Shown here: positions 1 to 7,920 of the stretch, in pieces
Numbering within the stretch: the stretch's first letter is position 1
Layout: every line of letters starts with the position of its first letter
Source: Planctomycetaceae bacterium
GTDB taxonomy: Bacteria > Planctomycetota > Planctomycetia > Pirellulales > Thermoguttaceae
NCBI GenBank assembly: GCA_031274385.1
Contig: JAISQH010000381.1
Span: 1 to 24,337, forward strand
DNA length: 24,337 bases
Reading direction: 5' to 3'
The notes under the pieces: model-generated
What the model saw: only the letters and a program-made list of their open reading frames with translations
Databases searched by the model: none
What the model was told of the DNA's origin: nothing
Position numbers and translations under genes: made by a program

Positions 1-22
1 ACGTAACGTAGGTGATTCTGTT

Positions 23-367
23 CTAAGTACTTTGTCCGTATTTTGCCCGAAGTTCCGCCTTCCATTTCGTAGCAACATCCGGCGAAAGATCCGGTACAAT
101 TCCGTAAATAAACTGATGGACTTCCTTTGGTGTTGTTTCCCGTAAAATATTTCTAAATAAACGAATGGCAGCAAAATCATCCATCCCTTTGTCTTTGTCA
201 ATAAGCCAATCCGCAATGAATTCCAGTACAAATGAATTATGAACACCGGGAATTGACTCAATCACACGAACATCTGTAATGGGATAACCACGCCGTTCAC
301 ATTCCTCAATAAACGGCTGTAACTGCGCTTCTATTTGTTCCGTAATCTCTAATTTTCGAGTAACCAT
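23..367 (-). CDS. Hypothetical 114-aa protein; probable partner (antitoxin-like, possibly degenerate MNT fold) of the adjacent HEPN protein
   Basis: Clean ORF whose ATG (365-367) overlaps the HEPN stop by 19 nt. No GS/DxD nucleotidyltransferase motif is visible, so the fold call is inference only. Confidence 0.7.
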   Translation of the reverse strand: MVTRKLEITEQIEAQLQPFIEECERRGYPITDVRVIESIPGVHNSFVLEFIADWLIDKDKGMDDFAAIRLFRNILRETTPKEVHQFIYGIVPDLSPDVATKWKAELRAKYGQST

Positions 368-810
368 TGTAAAATTCCTTTCGTTCGGTCACCAAGTAAT
401 TCAAGTATTCGTTGAATAATGATTGGTTGTATCGTTCCTGTGAGATGATAACGACTCCGTTCACTCCATTTTTGAATCAGATAAGAGTTAATATTTTCAA
501 AATCAGGATCACTCAATACCATTGTATCAAATTTCTTTTTCAAACCGCTGTACACCAAAAGCATTTGCAAGTTGTGAATTTTAACAGAACGACGTAACTC
601 ACCAATACCTATCGTGATACTTGCCGATTGACCGGATTCTTCGAATAAATTCGGAATATCGAATAGCTCACATATTCGTACTTTAAGTATCAGTTCAACA
701 GCATAGCCGGCAAAATAAAATGCACCATCAAATTTATTGTTTTCGTACAAAATACGTGCTTCATCAAGCCGATCCCAAGCCAGTGATTCTATTTCTTGCG
801 GAGTTCGCAT
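349..810 (-). CDS. HEPN-domain protein (putative RNase toxin), 153 aa
   Basis: The track ORF 349..1086 is over-extended into pilT. Likely start is the ATG at 810, with GGAG 8 nt upstream. It shows the HEPN pattern RLDEARILY...AFYFAGYAVELILK, RSVKIH (R-x4-H) and WSERSRY. Confidence 0.8.
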   Translation of the reverse strand: MRTPQEIESLAWDRLDEARILYENNKFDGAFYFAGYAVELILKVRICELFDIPNLFEESGQSASITIGIGELRRSVKIHNLQMLLVYSGLKKKFDTMVLSDPDFENINSYLIQKWSERSRYHLTGTIQPIIIQRILELLGDRTKGILQWLLEN

Positions 811-877
811 ATTCATAACTCCATCTCTTTTGGTTCTTCTTTTTTTGCCGTTGTCAAAGACAAGCAACGAAGTGAAA

Positions 878-2044
878 TTAAACGTACTTAATTTTCGGAT
901 TACGTTTTGGTTTATCGCCGTTTTCTTCGATGGCGGTGGTGTCGCCGGTTTCATCGTCATCAATGGACACTTCGCCGGATTCCCAACGCAACATCTTTGC
1001 CGCCAAAGCATCCGGTAAATTTGATTTCGTAATCGCATCCTCTTTTGTAATGGTTTTTTCTTTCCACAAATTAAACAGGTGATCATCCAGAAGTTGCATT
1101 CCGAGTTTGTGACCAGTCTGAATAGACGACGTGATACGGAAAGTTTTGTTTTCCCGAATCAGGTTGGCGATGGCACTTGTTACAACAAGCATCTCGTAAG
1201 CCGCAACCCGTCCGCCCTGAATTCGCGGCAATAATTGTTGCGCTAAAATGCCGATGATGGAGGTTGAAAGTTGCGTTCGGATCTGATCCTGCTGGTTTGT
1301 CGGGAAAACGTCGATAATACGGTTGATTGTTCCTGCCGCACTGGACGTGTGAAGTGTTCCGAACACGATGTGACCTGTTTCTGCTGCAGTAATTGCCGCT
1401 TCAATCGTTTCAAGGTCTCGCAATTCGCCGACAAGAATCACGTCCGGGTCTTGACGCAACGCCCGGCGAATCGCTTCGGCAAATGTCGGAACATCAACGC
1501 CGACTTCACGCTGATTGACTGTCGATTTTTTGTGATAATGATAAAATTCAATAGGGTCTTCAATCGTAATGATATGATGATCAACATTTTCGTTCAGATA
1601 ATCAATACAAGCCGCCAATGTGGTCGATTTCCCGGAACCGGTTGGTCCCGTAACAAGAACTAAACCGCGCGGACGCATAATAAGGTCTTTCATCACCGGC
1701 GGCGTGTGCAGATCGTCCATGCTCATCAATTTGTTCGGAATCTGCCGCAAAACCATTCCGGTATTGCCGCGCTGCTTGAATACCGAAACACGAAACCGCG
1801 CTTTATCACCAAACGCAAAACCGAAGTCGGTACTTCCTGCTTGCTGGAGTTCCTGTTGGCAACGTTCCGGCGTGATACTTTTCATCAGTGAAACAGTGTC
1901 ATCCGGTTCGAGAATTTTTGTTTCGAGTTTGATAAGACGACCATGCAAACGCAGCACCGGCGGTTGCCCAACCGCAATATGAAGGTCGCTCGCCCCGCGA
2001 ACAAAAACCGTTTCCAAAAGTTTGTCAACTAATATCGTACTCAT
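878..2044 (-). CDS. pilT: Type IV pilus retraction (twitching motility) ATPase PilT
   Basis: Walker A GPTGSGKST, Asp box TIEDPIE, Walker B region ALRQDPDVILVGELRD, His box TLHT, and an AIRNLIRE-like motif AIANLIRE; 388 aa. Confidence 0.97.
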   Translation of the reverse strand: MSTILVDKLLETVFVRGASDLHIAVGQPPVLRLHGRLIKLETKILEPDDTVSLMKSITPERCQQELQQAGSTDFGFAFGDKARFRVSVFKQRGNTGMVLRQIPNKLMSMDDLHTPPVMKDLIMRPRGLVLVTGPTGSGKSTTLAACIDYLNENVDHHIITIEDPIEFYHYHKKSTVNQREVGVDVPTFAEAIRRALRQDPDVILVGELRDLETIEAAITAAETGHIVFGTLHTSSAAGTINRIIDVFPTNQQDQIRTQLSTSIIGILAQQLLPRIQGGRVAAYEMLVVTSAIANLIRENKTFRITSSIQTGHKLGMQLLDDHLFNLWKEKTITKEDAITKSNLPDALAAKMLRWESGEVSIDDDETGDTTAIEENGDKPKRNPKIKYV

Positions 2045-2054
2045 TGTATTGTTT

Positions 2055-2082
2055 TCAGTTGTTAGTTTTTAGTTGTTAGTTA
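2055..2082. repeat. Four tandem heptamers (TCAGTTG TTAGTTT TTAGTTG TTAGTTA)
   Basis: Read directly; fills most of the 35-bp gap between the PIN stop and the pilT start. Confidence 0.75.
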
Positions 2083-2475
2083 CTTCGGTACAATAATTTG
2101 TAGTCCGTCAATTCGTACAAAATATTTGTAATTGAACGTTGCAAACGGCACATCATTTTCGATTGCTGTTGCGGCAATCATCATGTCATCCAGTTCAATC
2201 AACATGCTTTTTCGTTTCAGTTGAAACGCAATCTCTCTTGTTTTCATTACGGTTTCCTGCGTAAGCGGAATAATCTTAACCGTACTTAACAAATCATTCC
2301 AAAACTCCAACGAGTCATCTTTGGCTCCTGTCATAATTTCAGCAAATACGATCAGCGAAATACATAACTCGCCATAGTCTCGTTTAATCTGTTCAAAAAA
2401 CGTATCACCTTATTTCCTGTCACGATAATATCGAATAAGGACACATGAATCTACAAAGACGGATCTCTTCGGCAT
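2080..2475 (-). pseudogene. vapC: PIN/VapC toxin paralogue with an in-frame nonsense codon at codon 22
   Basis: ATG at 2475 gives MPKRSVFVDSCVLIRYYRDRK*GDTFFEQIKRDYGELCISLIVFAEIM, in frame with track ORF 2080..2334. The TAA at 2410-2412 aligns with Lys (AAA) in the intact paralogue. Confidence 0.85.
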
Positions 2476-2867
2476 AGTCCCATTGCTCTCCATATTTCTA
2501 AACTTTCTTGAATTGATTCTTCAGGAATCTTGGCAAGGGCTTGATCCGCACGTCGCATTGCCTCTTCACGTTGTTTTTTTTGTTGTTCGATTTCTTCCGG
2601 AGTCATGTTATCCCATTCGGCTTCACGTTTTTTTCGGTTTTCAGCAAACTCCGCAAATTCTTCCGGCGTAAAAATCGGGTCACCGTTAACCCGATAACAA
2701 CAATATCCGTCTCGCTCCCAGAGAAGCGTGAAATCTTCTTTGATAAACGGAACAGATTTTTCGTTGTTCTCCTCTAACTCCTTTACCAAACGGATACGTT
2801 CCTGCGAAGGAAGCTGTAACGCATTGTCGCGGATTTGATCGTAATTAAGTTTAACAGTAACAGACAT
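2451..2867 (-). CDS. Putative antitoxin, copy 2 (138 aa)
   Basis: Start placed at MSVTVKLNY by alignment to the paralogue at 3689. Overlaps the downstream PIN start; acidic helical C-terminus. Confidence 0.8.
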   Translation of the reverse strand: MSVTVKLNYDQIRDNALQLPSQERIRLVKELEENNEKSVPFIKEDFTLLWERDGYCCYRVNGDPIFTPEEFAEFAENRKKREAEWDNMTPEEIEQQKKQREEAMRRADQALAKIPEESIQESLEIWRAMGLCRRDPSL

Positions 2868-2886
2868 GATTCGGTACGATGGATAT

Positions 2887-3297
2887 TTACGGTACAAATA
2901 ATTCCGGCAATTCCGGTGTAATTAATTTCAAACGGTCAATGCGTTCAAAATGACTTTGGTTTATCGTTGCCAGTGGAAAATCATTTTCGATTGCTGTTGC
3001 GGCAATCATCATGTCAGCCAATTCAATCAACATACTTTTTCGTTTCAGTTGAAGAGCAATTTCACGGGTCTTTACAATCGTGTTCTCAGTGAACGGAAAA
3101 ACCCGTATATTTTTGAAGATAATGTTCCAGTATTCGATGTCATTATCTTTGATATAGGAAAAAATTTCCGCTTTAGCAATCGCCGACATGTATAATTTGT
3201 CATAAGCACTACGGATTTGTGTATAAAACGAATTGATTTTATTTTGATCACGAAAATGCCGAATCAAAACGGATGAATCTAAAAAAATGGCTGACAT
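2887..3297 (-). CDS. vapC: PIN-domain (VapC-like) RNase toxin, intact copy (136 aa)
   Basis: Start MSAIFLDSSVLI at 3297. PIN acidic residues in IFLDSS, KAEIF and LADMMIAATA, plus a TINQSHF tail. Confidence 0.9.
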   Translation of the reverse strand: MSAIFLDSSVLIRHFRDQNKINSFYTQIRSAYDKLYMSAIAKAEIFSYIKDNDIEYWNIIFKNIRVFPFTENTIVKTREIALQLKRKSMLIELADMMIAATAIENDFPLATINQSHFERIDRLKLITPELPELFVP

Positions 3298-3689
3298 GGT
3301 CTTAATATTTTCCTCATTTCTTGGATTTCCGCCCACTCTTCATCCGAACACGTTGGCAGTGCTAAAGCAGCACGTATTGCTTCTTCTTTTTCCTGTTCGA
3401 TTTCCTCTCTGGGAATTTTGGCGATTTCGGCTTCGAGCCTTTTTCGATTTTCCTCAAACTCAGAAATTTCTTCCGGTGTAAAAATCGGATCACCGTTGAC
3501 CCGATAACACACCATTCCGTTTTCACGCCATAACTCGGTAAAACCCGAATCGTTCGGCTCCGGCGTTTTTGTTTCTTGACTTTGTTCGTGTTGATTCAAC
3601 TCCTTTACCAAACGAATACGTTCCTGCGAAGGAAGTTGTAACGCATTGTCACGGATTTGATCGTAATTAAGTTTAATGGTGGCAGACAT
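3279..3689 (-). CDS. Putative antitoxin, copy 1 (136 aa)
   Basis: Lies upstream of the PIN gene and overlaps it by 19 nt. The N-terminus QIRDNALQLPSQERIRLVKEL resembles addiction-module component helices (family call is inference). Confidence 0.8.
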   Translation of the reverse strand: MSATIKLNYDQIRDNALQLPSQERIRLVKELNQHEQSQETKTPEPNDSGFTELWRENGMVCYRVNGDPIFTPEEISEFEENRKRLEAEIAKIPREEIEQEKEEAIRAALALPTCSDEEWAEIQEMRKILRPCQPFF

Positions 3690-3727
3690 AGATCAATACA
3701 ATAATTAGTGTTCACTGACATTATTTT

Positions 3728-3892
3728 TTACTTTTTTTGACGAACACATTTTGGATCTGTAAACTGTTGCTCCTGTTTCTTTTTTTCTTGTGTTTGCCAT
3801 TTTTTCATAAAACGCTGGCAATGCCTTTCGATAATTCGTTCTGTCATTGCTTTACAAGAACGTTCGAGTAAATCCGGTGTTTTTTTCGGCAT
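3728..3892 (-). CDS. Small basic hypothetical protein (54 aa, MPKKTPDLL...)
   Basis: GGAG lies 6 nt upstream of the ATG at 3892; the ORF is co-oriented with its neighbours. No recognisable domain. Confidence 0.45.
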   Translation of the reverse strand: MPKKTPDLLERSCKAMTERIIERHCQRFMKKWQTQEKKKQEQQFTDPKCVRQKK

Positions 3893-3915
3893 ATTAATCT
3901 CCATAGAATAAAAAA

Positions 3916-4116
3916 TTACCATTCTCTCGCAATGGTTGTTGATACAAGCACTTTCGCAGATGCCCGACTATCCGTAACATGTAACTCAATAATGTGCTTT
4001 CCTTTTTTGAAAGCCGCTATTGCTTTTTTACGCAACGTCGTTACTGTCAACTCACCACCCACATCATAAATATTATAAATGGTATAGGTACTTTGTTTTA
4101 TGCGTCTTATACTCAT
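3916..4116 (-). CDS. Small basic hypothetical protein (66 aa)
   Basis: Co-oriented ORF filling the gap after pilB. No recognisable domain. Confidence 0.4.
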   Translation of the reverse strand: MSIRRIKQSTYTIYNIYDVGGELTVTTLRKKAIAAFKKGKHIIELHVTDSRASAKVLVSTTIAREW

Positions 4117-4253
4117 GCTTCTAAACCGTTACAAACGAAAACAAACAATAAATTAAGTAATCGCTTAACTATAACTATTGTTCACCGGAACCGTGAAAAA
4201 CTCAAGAAAAAAACCATAATTTTCAAAAAACGATCATTTTGTGGTAAAGATGG

Positions 4254-5960
4254 TCATTCCTCCGCTTCACGGGCAACACGCATTACTTCCTCAATTGTTG
4301 TCAAACCACGCAAAACTTTTCGTATTCCATCGGCATAGAGCGTACTCATTCCTTCCGCTCTTGCCGCTTTTCGGATTTCGACGGTGCTTGCCTGCTTGAA
4401 TGTCATTTCCCGAATTTTGGGCGTCATCATCATTAGTTCGAAAATTGCCATTCGCCCACGAAAACCGGATTTATTACAACTTCCACAGCCTCGCCCTTTC
4501 ATAAATGTTGCCTTGTTTGCCTGTTCAACGGAGATTCCTGCTTCGCGAAGTTCAAGTTCAGAAGGAACGTAAGGTTTCTTACATTTTGTGCAAATTGTTC
4601 GAACAAGACGTTGCGCCATGATACCAATAATCGAACTTGAAACCAAATACGGCGGAACTCCCATATCAACAAGACGTGTAATAGCACCGGGCGCATCGTT
4701 CGTATGAAGCGTACTAAAAACTAAGTGTCCAGTCAGTGAAGCCTGGATTCCCATCTGAGCCGTTTCGAGATCACGCATTTCTCCAACGAGAATAATATTG
4801 GGTGCCTGACGTAACATCGCGCGAATCACACGGGCGAAATCGAGACCGATGGAATGTTTAATTTCCACCTGATTGATACCGGGAAGATAGTATTCGACCG
4901 GGTCTTCTGCTGTGATAATTTTCCGAGTTGGCGTGTTCAGGTCATTCAAAGCGGCGTAGAGTGAGGTTGTTTTACCGGAACCGGTCGGACCGGTAACAAG
5001 GATAATTCCGTTTGGGCGGCGAATCAACGAGCCAAACTTTTTGAAATCCGATTCTGCGAAACCGAGTTGCTGTAAACTCACTCGGATATTGTCTTTATCT
5101 AAAATCCGCATGACAATGGACTGACCGTGATTGGTCGGAATCACGCTGACACGAAGGTCTAATTCCTTATCCAATATCGAAAGTTTAATTCGACCATCCT
5201 GCGTTCGGCGGCGTTCGGCAATATCAAGGCGGGCGAGAATTTTAAATCGTGATAACACCGAACCTTGCAACCGTTTTGGAATGGTGTCCCGCTCGACCAA
5301 AATTCCGTCGATCCGGTACCGAACCCGAACCCGATCCTCGAACGGCTCAATATGAATATCCGAAGCGCGAAGTTGAACCGCTTCCTCAATAATCAGGTTG
5401 CTTAACCGAACAATAGGAGCGTCGCTGTCTGCAACACTGGAAATATCGTTTGCCAAACTACTGGTTGCGGTAAAATCGATTTCCGTATCGGTCATTTCCT
5501 GAATGAGCGAGTCGGCACTTTCGCCAATATTTTGCGTATAATGCCTATTTACCGCCTCTTGAATCAATTCTCTTGATGCCAGAAGCGGTTCGATGGGTCG
5601 GTTTAAGATAAATCGGAGTTTGTCAAGAGTTTCAATGTCGTTCGGATCACTCATAATAACCCGAAGTGTTTCGCCATCAACCTGATACGGCAAAATGCCG
5701 TTTTCCCGTGCAACCGATTCCGGGACAAGTTCCACAATTGCCGGCGGAATCACCACGCCGGTCAAATCGAGATATTCGCGTCCGTATTCTTCGGCAATCG
5801 CTTTGGTTACGTCTTCGCTGCTGGCATAACCAAGCCGAACAATCGCCTCACGAACCCGAATATCAGTCGATTTCGCCATTTCCTGAGCTTCGGCAATTTG
5901 AGACGTACTGAGAAGACCCTTTCGTTGAAGGATGCCAAGATAATTGAGTTTCTTTGCCAT
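4254..5960 (-). CDS. pilB: Type IV pilus assembly ATPase PilB (GspE/PulE family)
   Basis: GspE N-terminal domain, ASDIHIEP, GPTGSGKTT, TAEDPVE, MLRQAPNIILVGEMRD, STLHTND, and zinc-binding CTKC and CGSC; 568 aa. Confidence 0.95.
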   Translation of the reverse strand: MAKKLNYLGILQRKGLLSTSQIAEAQEMAKSTDIRVREAIVRLGYASSEDVTKAIAEEYGREYLDLTGVVIPPAIVELVPESVARENGILPYQVDGETLRVIMSDPNDIETLDKLRFILNRPIEPLLASRELIQEAVNRHYTQNIGESADSLIQEMTDTEIDFTATSSLANDISSVADSDAPIVRLSNLIIEEAVQLRASDIHIEPFEDRVRVRYRIDGILVERDTIPKRLQGSVLSRFKILARLDIAERRRTQDGRIKLSILDKELDLRVSVIPTNHGQSIVMRILDKDNIRVSLQQLGFAESDFKKFGSLIRRPNGIILVTGPTGSGKTTSLYAALNDLNTPTRKIITAEDPVEYYLPGINQVEIKHSIGLDFARVIRAMLRQAPNIILVGEMRDLETAQMGIQASLTGHLVFSTLHTNDAPGAITRLVDMGVPPYLVSSSIIGIMAQRLVRTICTKCKKPYVPSELELREAGISVEQANKATFMKGRGCGSCNKSGFRGRMAIFELMMMTPKIREMTFKQASTVEIRKAARAEGMSTLYADGIRKVLRGLTTIEEVMRVAREAEE

Positions 5961-5973
5961 AAATGGGTGACTA

Positions 5974-5987
5974 AGTTACCAGTAACT
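5974..5987. promoter_or_regulatory. Operator-like palindrome AGTTAC-CA-GTAACT upstream of pilB
   Basis: Perfect 6-bp arms, 13 nt upstream of the pilB ATG. Confidence 0.4.
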
Positions 5988-6090
5988 CGTTGTTGGAGTC
6001 CTGTTTTTATTGATAAAATAAAAGTTAAAGTGAATGAACAACAGCCATTCCGATTCAAAAAAGTTGTTTCCGATTTACAAACAATTCCTC

Positions 6091-6119
6091 TTGACACTAG
6101 GGAGATTATTCTGCATAAT
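6091..6119 (+). promoter_or_regulatory. Sigma70-type promoter TTGACA-N17-CATAAT
   Basis: Perfect -35 box, 17-nt spacer and 5/6 -10 box, about 50 nt upstream of the beta-barrel gene. Confidence 0.75.
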
Positions 6120-6171
6120 TCGCCCCGTTTTTCAAAAAAGCCGGTTGTCAATCGTCTCAACATGATTCGGA

Positions 6172-7920
6172 ATGCGCCGTAACCGCAATAAAAATGTCCC
6201 GTTAAAAAGTGAGTTTCGCTCTCTTACGTTGGATATTGCGCGCCGATGGCTTTGTTTTTCAGGAATTTTTATTCTTCTTGTTGGTTTTTCTTTGGGTTCA
6301 GACCGCAGTCGTTCTTCATCAAACACGATGCTCCAAAACCCGATGGAAAAACAATTTAACGCTCCTCAGCGCGAACCGGAAAACCGATTTGCCAAACGCT
6401 CGCAGTTCACTGACGAAACGATTCCGTCATCGGTAGCCGCCGCCGAATCGTCAAAAATCCGTCAAGTGTCCGGAGCAACCCCAAGTATTTGGGACAATCC
6501 CGATCCCGCAACCGGAAATGAAATGACCTTATCCGATTGGGGAAGCGGTTCATCGCCGACAAATTCTTCGTCAATGATGTCGAACGCTTTGCCTTCTTCG
6601 TCCTTACTGTCCCCAACCGCTCCGGCAATGACTTACAACTCACCGGGAATTTTTAATGGTTTTGGTTACAGTGCGGCTCCAAACCAACCGTCAGGCTTTC
6701 CGAATACCGGATCATATTCTAACACCGAAACAAGTTCGAATGCAAGCCCTTTGCTCAATAATCCATACGCTTATTTGTATTCGCAGGGAATGTTCCAGCC
6801 GAATGTTCCTGATAACAGCCGAAATCCTTACGGAGCGGATGGATTCAATTATTATGATCCCAACTCCGGTTCGTTCTATGTTTCTTCTTATAATCCTTAT
6901 GGTTATTACAACGAAATGACAGCAGGATACGGCGGTTATTACGGACAAGGAAACTGGGGAATGTATCAACCAAACAATATGTCGGAGCAACAAACAACCG
7001 GTAACGAAATGGCGGAACAACAAAATTCGTTGTATCAGGCGTTGCTCCTTCAAGAGATGATGCTGCGTCAACGGGAACAAGAGAGTGTTGCCAAAAATGA
7101 AACGGAAACCGGCAAAAGTCAACAATCGGACGCTGAAAAAACACCGGAATCACAATGGGCGATGAAGCAGTTGATGCCGATTCAAATTTCTTCGCCGCTT
7201 GGTCATACTTTATTTTCCGGTGCGAAAATGCTCAGTCCTTTCTGTACGCCAACCGGTCCGCATCGCGGTGTCGGGCAACCGCTTCTTAATCGAAGTTGGC
7301 TTGATCACCCGTATTACTTTGGCGGTTTTTGCGGTTGGATTTCCGGGTCGCAATTGGTTTCCGGTTTGATTGACCAGAAAAACGGGGGAACCGGCGGGTT
7401 GATTTTCGGTTACAATATGAACGAATATTGGGGGTTGGAAAGCCGGCTCTATTTTGCATCCATTGACATTCGGGAAACCGCTGCCGGACGTGAAGCGTTT
7501 AATCGTTGGTACGCCGCATTATTCCCGGAAGACCCGGTGCCAACATTGACAACACGGAACAACCGATTATCCGTCTTCGATGTTGCCGTACATTATTATC
7601 CGCTCGGAAACGCAAAATGGAGACCGTTTTTCAAATACGGACTCGGATTCAGCCGCGAATCGTTTATTGATACTTACGGTCAAAAACGCAACGAAAACAC
7701 GGTGACAATGCCGTTTGGTATCGGGTTACGATATTGGTGGAACGAAAATCTTGCCATTCAGATGGATTTAGTTGACAATGTTATTTTTTCGTCCGGTATT
7801 ACCAAGACACAAAACAATATTGCGTTTTGTGTTGGTTTGACTTATTCGTTCGGAAACAGCAAAAAGAAACGTCCCACCGCATATTGGCCCTACACACCGA
7901 GTCTTGGTTCTAAGTGGTGA
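6172..7920 (+). CDS. Outer-membrane beta-barrel protein with a long low-complexity N-terminal region
   Basis: Hydrophobic N-terminal segment, then about 300 aa rich in S/N/P/Y/G/Q, then alternating barrel strands (GGLIFGYNMNEYWGLESRL, FDVAVHYYP, PFGIGLRYWW, FCVGLTYSFG). Exact start uncertain. Confidence 0.8.
   Translation: MRRNRNKNVPLKSEFRSLTLDIARRWLCFSGIFILLVGFSLGSDRSRSSSNTMLQNPMEKQFNAPQREPENRFAKRSQFTDETIPSSVAAAESSKIRQVSGATPSIWDNPDPATGNEMTLSDWGSGSSPTNSSSMMSNALPSSSLLSPTAPAMTYNSPGIFNGFGYSAAPNQPSGFPNTGSYSNTETSSNASPLLNNPYAYLYSQGMFQPNVPDNSRNPYGADGFNYYDPNSGSFYVSSYNPYGYYNEMTAGYGGYYGQGNWGMYQPNNMSEQQTTGNEMAEQQNSLYQALLLQEMMLRQREQESVAKNETETGKSQQSDAEKTPESQWAMKQLMPIQISSPLGHTLFSGAKMLSPFCTPTGPHRGVGQPLLNRSWLDHPYYFGGFCGWISGSQLVSGLIDQKNGGTGGLIFGYNMNEYWGLESRLYFASIDIRETAAGREAFNRWYAALFPEDPVPTLTTRNNRLSVFDVAVHYYPLGNAKWRPFFKYGLGFSRESFIDTYGQKRNENTVTMPFGIGLRYWWNENLAIQMDLVDNVIFSSGITKTQNNIAFCVGLTYSFGNSKKKRPTAYWPYTPSLGSKW

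Larger units (their letters stand above)
2080..3689 (-). repeat. Diverged tandem duplication of an about 825-bp antitoxin-PIN unit
   Basis: 2776-2854 vs 3598-3676 match at 76/79 nt (offset 822). 2152-2188 vs 2980-3016 are identical over 37 nt (offset 828). Confidence 0.92.

Noticed and set aside
1-22. ACGTAACGTAGGTG at the window edge as another element end
   Set aside because: It contains GTAAC but lacks the N-GT-Y-T subterminal pattern, and the context is cut off.
811-1086. N-terminal extension of the 245-aa track ORF, including CLIC
   Set aside because: It overlaps the pilT 3' end in another frame; an RBS and the HEPN pattern support the start at 810.
2079-4132. GTAAC at 4132 and 2083 (minus strand) as ends bracketing the TA insert
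   Set aside because: They are in direct rather than inverted orientation, and only the 4132 site resembles a terminus (10/11); this could be chance.
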